A stretch of DNA of 64,000 nucleotides from Octopus sinensis (taxonomy: Eukaryota). The stretch covers positions 32,674,001-32,738,000 of the forward strand of contig NC_042997.1 of the NCBI RefSeq assembly GCF_006345805.1, written 5' to 3'. This document shows positions 50,987 to 60,800 of the stretch, one piece after another. A program made the position numbers and the translations under genes. A model generated the notes under the pieces. It made no database searches, was not told where the DNA came from, and saw only the letters and a program-made list of their open reading frames with translations. Position 1 is the stretch's first letter, and every line of letters starts with the position of its first letter.

Positions 50987-53900
50987 ACCAAACTGCCTGT
51001 GAAATCATAAATCTACTTGATCAGGGCCAGGGCCAACTCGGGGTTAAACAACAAATATGAGCTAACAACAACAATGTTATTATGACTTATGATGGTAGTT
51101 TCTTCTTGTAGTCCAAAAAAGATGGTTTTGCAATTTCTTGCCAAAAAATCAGTGCAAATGATTGGTTTATAGTGACCAAATGTATGTACTGCACATTAGC
51201 TCAATCCTGCCATCAAATTGATGTTGGCTGAACCATATCGCAGTGTACCATATCTCAGGTGTAGTGGAGGCACATGGCCTAGTGATCAGAGCAGCGGACT
51301 CGTAGTCAAGGGATCGCAGGTTCGAATCTCAGACCGGGCGATGTGTGTGATTATGAGTGAAACACCTAAGCTCCATGCGACTCCGGCAGATGGTAATGGC
51401 GAACTTCTACTGACTCTTTCGCCACAACTTTCTCTCATTCTTTCTTCCTGCATTTTGCAGCTCACCTGCGACGGACTGGCATCCCATCCATCCAGGTGGG
51501 GAACCTCTACGCCAAGGAAATCGGGAAACCGGCCCTTATGAGCCAGGCATGGCTCGAGAAGGAACAAACAACAAAATATCTCAGGTGTGGAAGTGACCTG
51601 AGATATTTTTGCTCAAAAATACAATGCACTAGCCAGTCCAGGAATTGAAACCATGATCTCACAATTGTTAGTTCAACACTCTAACCACTAGGTCATGCAC
51701 CTTCATTATGGCTTATAGCAGTGTACTGGAGGGTCAGCAATTCAGATATGAGTGTCATAGCTAAGGACATAATATAACACTGGTAACAGAATATACTCTC
51801 TTTTTACTCTTTTACTTGTTTCAGTCATTTGACTGCGGCCATGCTGGAGCACCGCCTTTAGTCGAGCAAATCGACCCCGGGACTTATTTTTTGTAAGCCC
51901 AGTACATATTCTATCAGTCTCTTTTGCCGAACTGCTAAGTGACGGGGACGTAAACACACCAGCATCGGTTGTCAAGCAATGCTAGGGGGACAAACACAGA
52001 CACACAAACACACACATACATATATATACATACACATATATACGACAGGCTTCTTTCAGTTTCCGTCTACCAAATCCACTCACAAGGCATTGGTCGGCCC
52101 GGGGCTATAGCAGAAGACACTTGCCCAAGATGCCACGCAGTGGGACTGAACCCGGAACCATGTGGTTGGTTAGCAAGCTACTTACCACACAGCTACTCCT
52201 GCGCCTTTATGTGAAACACTTTATCATTGGCTGGTGCTCCAGTCATAATCATGTTGGTCACCCCCATTTTCTTCCAAGTAATTACTCACCTCTAGCTGAA
52301 TGTGAACCTCCTCTGGCATTTCTTGGTTATATATCTTCAATAACTCAATTGTCTGCTTCAAAGGTTCAAACATCTCATCTGTGGCAGCTAGCCTTTCACG
52401 CACAGCACCAAGGTTCCCCATGATAGTTACAAGTCCATCGTAATCACCTTCTTCAACGGTCTTGGTCAGTCCTTCATTAGCTGATTTGATGAATTCAGAC
52501 AAGTCTGCCAAACTGAGGATGAAATGAAAACATTAAGATGAAAAAATGTCCTACAACATGCTTTTCATAAGAAACAAAATACTTGGTAGAGTGAGAGAAA
52601 ATTCAATTCCACTTAGAAGCAAAGATATAATTTTCATGAATTTGTTTCTATTAATTCTTTTTAGTCAAACAAGAAATACTCATGGAGAAGTTAAGTTACT
52701 GCAACTTTGGAAGCACTCCGTCGGTTACGACGATGATGGTTCCGGTTGATCCGAATCAACGGAACAGCCTGCTTGTGAAATTAACTTGTAAGTGGCTGAG
52801 CACTCCACAGACACGTGCACCCTTAACGTAGTTCTCGGGGATATTCAGCGACAGAGAGTGACAAGGCCGGCCCCTTGAAATACAGGTACAACAGAAACAG
52901 GAAGTAAGAGTGAGAGAAAGTTGTGGTGAAAGAGTACAGCAGGGATCACCACCATCCCCTGCCGGAGCCTCGAGGAGCTTTTAGGTGTTTTCACTCAATA
53001 AACACTCACAATGCCCGGTCTGGGAATTGAAACCACGATCCTATGACTGCGAGTCCGCTGCCCTAACCACTGGGCCATTGCGCCTCCAGTTACTGCAACT
53101 ATTGTTTGTATGGTTATAGGCTCAAATGTTACAACTATAGTCAGACCCTAAGCAAGGCACAACACCCTGAATGCTTTGCCAACAGTGAAAGAAGAGAAAA
53201 AAACGACAGGAGGTGAGAAAGGGGGGAGGACAGAGAGAGAGGGTGGAGAGAGAGAAATGGAAGATAATAGCTGTAATAGTTGGTAACAATCGAGGTTTTT
53301 GAGGTAATTGTGATCCACTGGATGTTAAACATACAATGAAAGAGTTTAAGGGAGATGAGAGAGTGGTTAAACATGAAAGACAACAGCCAATGAATAGAGA
53401 ATATATGACTGTACTGATATGAATATGCAATGAAAATGGACAAAGAATGTTGGGTTAAAAAGTGTTTGTTCTCTCAGTGAAAAATGTCCTTGTTGAAGAA
53501 TGTCAATACTGGATCTCACTGATAACATGATGGTATAGTCATAGCTGAACTGCTTTTAAACATAGAACTATGCTGTTGTTAGCAATAATAAATCTCTGAA
53601 CGAGATATAAACAGTAACTGCACGACAATGTGAGGTATACTTGCCATCTCAATATGGCTAACCACTAAGGGTAGGTGTTACTGTAGCTTGTAGCGCCAGG
53701 AGAACATCGTCTCCAGCTGGCTTTAGGCACACTTTCTGTGCCCTTATGGTATTTGCAAAGGGTTGACGAGGGAAGGATGACCTCCCTTTGCAAATACCAT
53801 AAGGGCACAGAAAGTGTGCCTAAAGCCAGCTGGAGATGATGTTCTCCTGGGGCTAAAAGCTACAGTAACACCCACCCTTAGTGATTAGCCATATTGAGAT

Positions 53901-54753
53901 GGCAAGTATCCCTCACATATGCTGTTGTTTTGCATTAACACTCACATCTTATCCATCATTTCTCCTACTGACATCGTCTGATGTCTGGCATCTGCTGCAG
54001 ATGCACTGAAATATGATTGGGTCACAAACATATGATTTGGTCACAAAAACCAGCTTCACCATCCGCTCCATCACTGCACTGGCAAACCCTGTTAACCTTG
54101 CCAACCTCCTGATCTTGCTCACATAATCATTGACCAGCTTGCCTGTCCACCTTGTTCTCCTGATCTTGCTGTAGGCTCTAAACACCACTCCCACGTATGC
54201 TCTTCAATTTTCTCCCCTTTCACCTGATCCACTTTGTTTGTTTCTTTGTAGGGATTTAGCACCCTACCTTCTAAGCGCAGCAGCATAAGGCTAGCCACAT
54301 CTTCAGTACCCTGCAGCACCACCAGAAGTCTCTCTTTTTGTATCCAGGCCACCACATCACCTTCCCCAGCAAACAGTCTTGTAACAGGATGAAAGGTCTG
54401 TAACACTTGAGGGGAGCAGGTCTCATCCCTTACATTAAATTATTTGTCGAAGGAAAACCAAAACTTCAACAGCATAAATAATATTTATTCCCTGGATTCA
54501 CTAATAATATACATATATTTCCTTCAGGGCAAACCGGTAGCCAGGGGAGCTAGACACAGTAGTTAAAATGGTGTGAGCCAACAACAACAACAACAACAAC
54601 AGCAACAGCAGCAGCAACATAACACATCACATTACAATACAGTGTAGCACACTATAAACATTGAATCCACGAAAAAGAGACAGGATTGTCACTGCTAGAA
54701 TAGCTTTGAACCTAGATTTTCTGGGTCAGAGCCAACCTGGGCCTAAAGAACAA

Positions 54754-54823
<70 letters not shown>

Positions 54824-57800
54824 ACACACAAGATAAAAATTATAGAAATTACTAACACTTCCACAAGATTTACAGCACATGTAGAAGACATACTTAAAGA
54901 AAGATAAAAGATACACAAACATAGAGCATTAAACACACAAAGCTCACAAAATGTCCAAACACAACATAGACACTTAAAGCTCACAGAGGCCCAATACACT
55001 AACCACAATAACAGCAACAACCGGTATTAATAAAATGATCTGATATATTTACCTATTAGTCACATGATCAATTAAGTGTTGTTTAAACATGTAGCTCCAT
55101 CTCTTAATAATGTTTAACAAAGCTTGTTTGAATGGACTGGCATCAACACGAAACCATGATTCAAAAACTGAAGTCTTCTGAATTGTCTCTGCCACATCAT
55201 AGATCTTCTCGTAGGTATCAATCTGTTTGGAAATGATTGAAAAATGAAAATAAGTCATAGCAAAGATTACGTTTTTATTTTTCAATTTTCTTTTTAAAAA
55301 AAGTTAATCTCATAGAAATTTCAGTTTTAGTTTATTTGTATTATATTATTATAATGGCAATTGATGGTAGCATCAGAAAAATTTCCTTTCAAGATTTGTT
55401 CCACACAAAGAGTTCAAGGCTGTTTCCTGCACCAGCTTCACATAAGAAGCCCCAGCCCATCCAAAGTACCTTGGATCGCAGGATGGCATGCTGTGCTTAC
55501 CTTGGATTGTAGGGCGACCTGCTGTGCTTGAGGAGACCTATTGAGTCAAGTACATCAACATCAAAAAATCAAATGGAAATTGTAGTTGTGATACCCGTGC
55601 TGGTGACATGTAAAAAGCACTATCTGAACATGGCCGATACCAGCGCCGCCTTGACTGGTTTCCATGCCAGTGGCACGTAAAAAGCACCAACCGATTGTGG
55701 CTGTTGCCAGCCTTCCCTGGCACCTGTGGTGGTGGCACATAAAAAGTACACACTACACTCACGGAGTGGTTGCCATTAGGAAGGGCATCCAGCTGTAGAA
55801 ACACTGCCAGATCAGACTGGAGCCTGGTGCAGCCTCCTGGCTTCCCAGACCCCGGTCAAACCATCCAACCCATGCTTGCATAGAAAGTGGACGTTAAACA
55901 ACAACGACGACGACGATGCCACCACTGACGACGATGATAGCAAATACTGCAAGACATTTTGCCCTCTGATCAACAGATTCTGACAAGTTGCAACCCAACT
56001 AAGTACTTATCAGATAATTATATCAAAACAAGGTGTAAAAAGCACCCAGTATACTCTGTAAAGTGGTCGGCATTAGGAAGGGCATCCAGCTGTAGAAACC
56101 ATGCCACAGTTGGAATCTGGACAGCTCCCTGCTAGCCAGATTCATGTCAAACCATCCAATCCATATCAGCATGGACAGTGGACATTAAACAATGATGATG
56201 ATAATGATAATGATGATGATGATGATTGTCTCTTTACCTGTTCTTTAAACTGGTCTAATGTTGGAGGGCATTCAGGCACTCCATCTTCAGCATGCGCCTC
56301 TATCTCTTCTGTGGTCAAGACATGGTTATATAGAAGAAACTGACGCATAAATTCATTTCGGTCATCAACCCATAGATATGCATATGTGTCGAAGGAATTG
56401 CGATATTCACATGCTTTGTTCATGACAGTTTGCACACGTTCCATTAATTCATTTCGTTTATCATTGAGTTCATCCATTTCTTCTAAATCAGGCTACAAAT
56501 AAATAAATACATAAAAGTACACTGGAATATTGCTCATATATCTGAGGCAGTGACACTACTATACATACAAACACAAATACCTGAGACTCCATCCAAATAG
56601 AGAGCTATTCAGCTGATTAGTAATGATTCACTCACCAGCAAGCTGTTTGGAAAGATGACATTTTCAGCGATTAGTAAAAAGAAAACTGTTGCTACTTGAT
56701 TGGAGTGGTTATAAATGTGGTGGTTGCATGGATAATTTGTGAGAAAAGAATACTATGAGTCAAAAATTCCAGACATTCTCCTCTATCACCAATACTGCTC
56801 AACACTGCTAAAAGAAGTGATGCTGTAGGAAGGTTACAAAATCATTACAACTTTCAGTTGACAACTGATGAGGGGAAACAACCAGTACATACTGTAAAAT
56901 GGTTGGTGTTAAGAAGAGCTTTCAGTTTTAAAAACCATAGTAAAGCAGACACTGGAGCATGTTTTTCACTAAATTACACAATTTCTTGATTATTTTCAAA
57001 AGTAATTGAAATACATAGACACTGTATCATAAAAATTGCATTTTGTTAGAAGGGTTATTAAAAAATTATTTTGCTAGTAAGTTCTTACCAATAAATTAGT
57101 TAGTTAAACAGAATATAAAACAAGATACGCAACCTGGTAATTTACTTGGTCACTGTGTTTTGCCAAGCGAAGAATTAGAGTAGCTTGTTTGTAGATGCTG
57201 CCAACCACACCATCAACCAGATCATAGAAACCATCTGCAGTTCCATAATCCAAAGATGGAGAAAATACCATGTCAGGTTTACACAATTCTAATTGTGCTT
57301 GAAATAATGGTTCATGAGTTGAGTTTGATTCAGTGTTTTCTAGTAAAAATGTCAGGCTGGTATCAATAGTTCTAAAGAATCCATCCACAACTATGTCATC
57401 AACATAGTCAACATAAGCTTTCCAAACTTCTGAATTGGGATCTGCTTTAAAATAGTCAACATTTTCCTGAAAAAAATACAAAAGCTTTTTTCAAAATTCA
57501 GTATATTTTTATCCCCTATCTTTCCCAATCTTCAGTCCCCACACTCTCTCCATTCACCTTGTGCCTTGTGGGTACACTTTGATATCTCATCACCACCATC
57601 TTTCCAATTCCACCCCAATTATTCCCACCCTTATATAATGCAGGATGGTCACAAATCTCCTCTACAACAACAAACCTGTTTCTGTCTTTCCTATCGTACT
57701 TTAATCTCTCAACATATACCTGTTTCTTTACTACCCACAAGGAACTAAACACAGAAGGGACAAACAAGGACAGACATAGGTATTAAGTCGATTACATCGA

Positions 57801-60800
57801 CCCCAGTGCGTAACTGGTACTTAATTTATCGACCCCGAAAGGATGAAAGGCAAAGTCAACCTCGGCGGAATTTGAACTCACAACATAATGCAGACGAAAT
57901 ACCGCTAAGCATTTCGCCCGGTGTGCTAATGTTTCTGCCAGCTCGCCGCCTTATATCTCTCAACATATACCATAAGGCCACCACCCTGTCAACTATGTTC
58001 CCACTTAGTCAAGGAAGCTCTTTAATCTTATAAATTACATAACAGCCTCACTAATGTTGATATCATAGAAGAAAGCACCCAGGACACTCTGTAAAGTGCT
58101 TGGCATCAGGAAGAGTATCAAGCCCTAAAAGCAATGCCAAAACTGAGTAACTGGAACATGATGATGATGTTAATTTACCCAGGCCAACCAAGGCCTTTTG
58201 AGTTGTGTGTGTGTACATACACACACATACACACACACCCTTGTCTTTATGAAAAATACAAGTCTGGCCATGGGGAAATACTAACCTGCTTGAAAATAGG
58301 GGGAGGTTGGTGATAGGAAGGGCATCTGACCATAGAAAATCTGCCTCAATAAATTCTGTCCGACCTATGCAAGCATGAAAATATGGACATTAAATGAAGA
58401 TGAAAAAAATTATGATTTTTATTTTTACCTGTAACAATTTATGGATCTGATCACCTGCTTCTTCAATCTCTTTGTACCGTTTTCTCAATCGTTCTCCTCG
58501 ATCGTCCAAATTTAATAATGACCCAAACTTATCATCTTTGCGTTCAAATAGCGGTGTCTTGCTCCATGTTGCCATCAGTTGTTCGATCTTTTGAACATTA
58601 TCCTTAGAGTTGTGCAAGCGAGATTCCAGATCATAAACCATGTTTTTAGTTTCTTCAATGTATTCCCAAATACCTATTGGTACAAATAAATGAACAGAAT
58701 AGGTAAAAATTATCCAATTTCTAAATTTTATTTTCCTGTTAACAATGTGAATAAGTCAACCATTGTTTTATTTATTTCACAGCTGAGACAGTGGAGGGTC
58801 AGGCAAAATGTCTTAGAGTAAGGTATAATCCAGAATCCAAGTTCAATTCTTGCCTTTTTTTAAAAGTGGGAAGAGAGAGAAAGTGGTATGCTGCTGATTT
58901 TTGAAAATATAATATAGTATATGATATAATATAATATTGGCCTCGTGCCGGTGGCACGTAAAAAGCACCATCCGTTCGTGGCCGTTGCCAGCCTTGCCTG
59001 GCCCCCGTGCTGGTGGCACATAAAAAGCACCATCCAATCGTGGCCATTTGCCAGACTCGTCTGGCACCTGTGCCGGTGGCATGTAAAAAGCACTACACTC
59101 ACGGAGTGGTTGGCGTTAGGAAGGGCATCCAGCCATAGAAACATTGCCAGATCAGACTGGGCCTAGTGCAGCCTTCTGGCTTCACAGACCCCAGTTGAAC
59201 CGTCCAACCCATGCTAGCATGGAAAGCGGACGCTAAACGATGATGATGATGATGATGAATATAATGTAATATAATATAATATAATATAATAAAATATAAT
59301 ATAATATAATATGATACAATATAATATGATACAATATGATATGATATGATAGGATACGATATATATGATATATGATATGATATGTTATATGATACGATAC
59401 GATATATGATATGATATAATATGATATGATTAAATATAATACAAAATAATAATATAATATAATATAATATATAATATAAATAAAAATATGTTTTAGAAAA
59501 GTCATGCTAATGCATAAGTATCTTGAAAACATTTTGTCTTTTATCTTTTACTTGTTTCAGTAATTTGATTGTGGCCATGCTGGAATACTACACTGAAGGG
59601 CTGAATCAAACAAATTGAGAGCAATATTAATTTTTTTAAGGCTGGCATTTATAATGTCAGACTCTTGCTGAGCCACGAAGTTACGGAGATATAACCAAAC
59701 AAACACCAGTCGACAAGCAGTAGGGCAAACAAACACAAACACACACACACACACACATATATATACAACAGGCTTCCACACAATCTCCATCATCCAAATT
59801 CCCCTCATAAGGCTTTTGTTGACCTGAGGCTAGGGGTTCAACCTGATGCTTTGAGCTTGAAGGCAAAACCACAGGAATGCAAAACAAACTTCTTAACCAC
59901 TCAACTATAACTGGACCCTATATTGATGTTATTTAACCCTGGGTCTTCCTAGATCAAGCAGACCATTCTGTCATTTTGTATAATGGACTACAGAAACATT
60001 CACAACAACAACAGCAACAACAACCACTAGCTATAAACCTTACTAACTTCATCCAGTTATCCTTTATCCTCCATTCTGCAAGGATTTTAGAAAGCTTACC
60101 CTTACCTAAATATAAAACCTTACCCTTACATCATCATCATCATTGTTTAACGTCTACTTTCCATGCTGGCATGGGTTGGACGGTTTGACTGAAAACTAGT
60201 AAGCAGTGGGGCTGCACCAGGTTCCAGTCTGATTTTGCAAGGTTTCTATGGCTGAATGCCTTCCTAACACCAACCACTCTGAGAGTGTAGTGGGTGCTTT
60301 TTACGTGTCACTGACACAGGTGCCATTGACCTGACACCATCATCGGCCCTGAATATGGTCTCACAAATATGGTCTCACAAGCATGGTATATTGCCAAGGG
60401 TCTTGTTCACTTGTTACTGCCTCTATGAGACCCAACACTTGAATGGTGCTTTTTACATGCCACCGGCACGGGTACCACTCAGACAGTGCTGGCATTGGCC
60501 ACAACTACGATTTCATTGGTTTAACAGGTCTTCACAAGCACAGCATATCGTCCTACGATTGAAGGGTGCTTTAAAAGGGCCAGTTACATGACACTAGCAT
60601 TGGCCACAGGTATGATCTCACTCAGTTCAACAAGTCTTCACAAACACAACATATCACCTAACAACTGAAGGGTGCTTTTAAGGGGCCAGTTAAACAACAT
60701 TGGCATCGGCCACTTACCTAAATATTAAAAGCAACAACAAGCTAAATACTGTCACAAACACAATTGTGATATTGTTTTAAGCTTATTATTGTCATACAAC

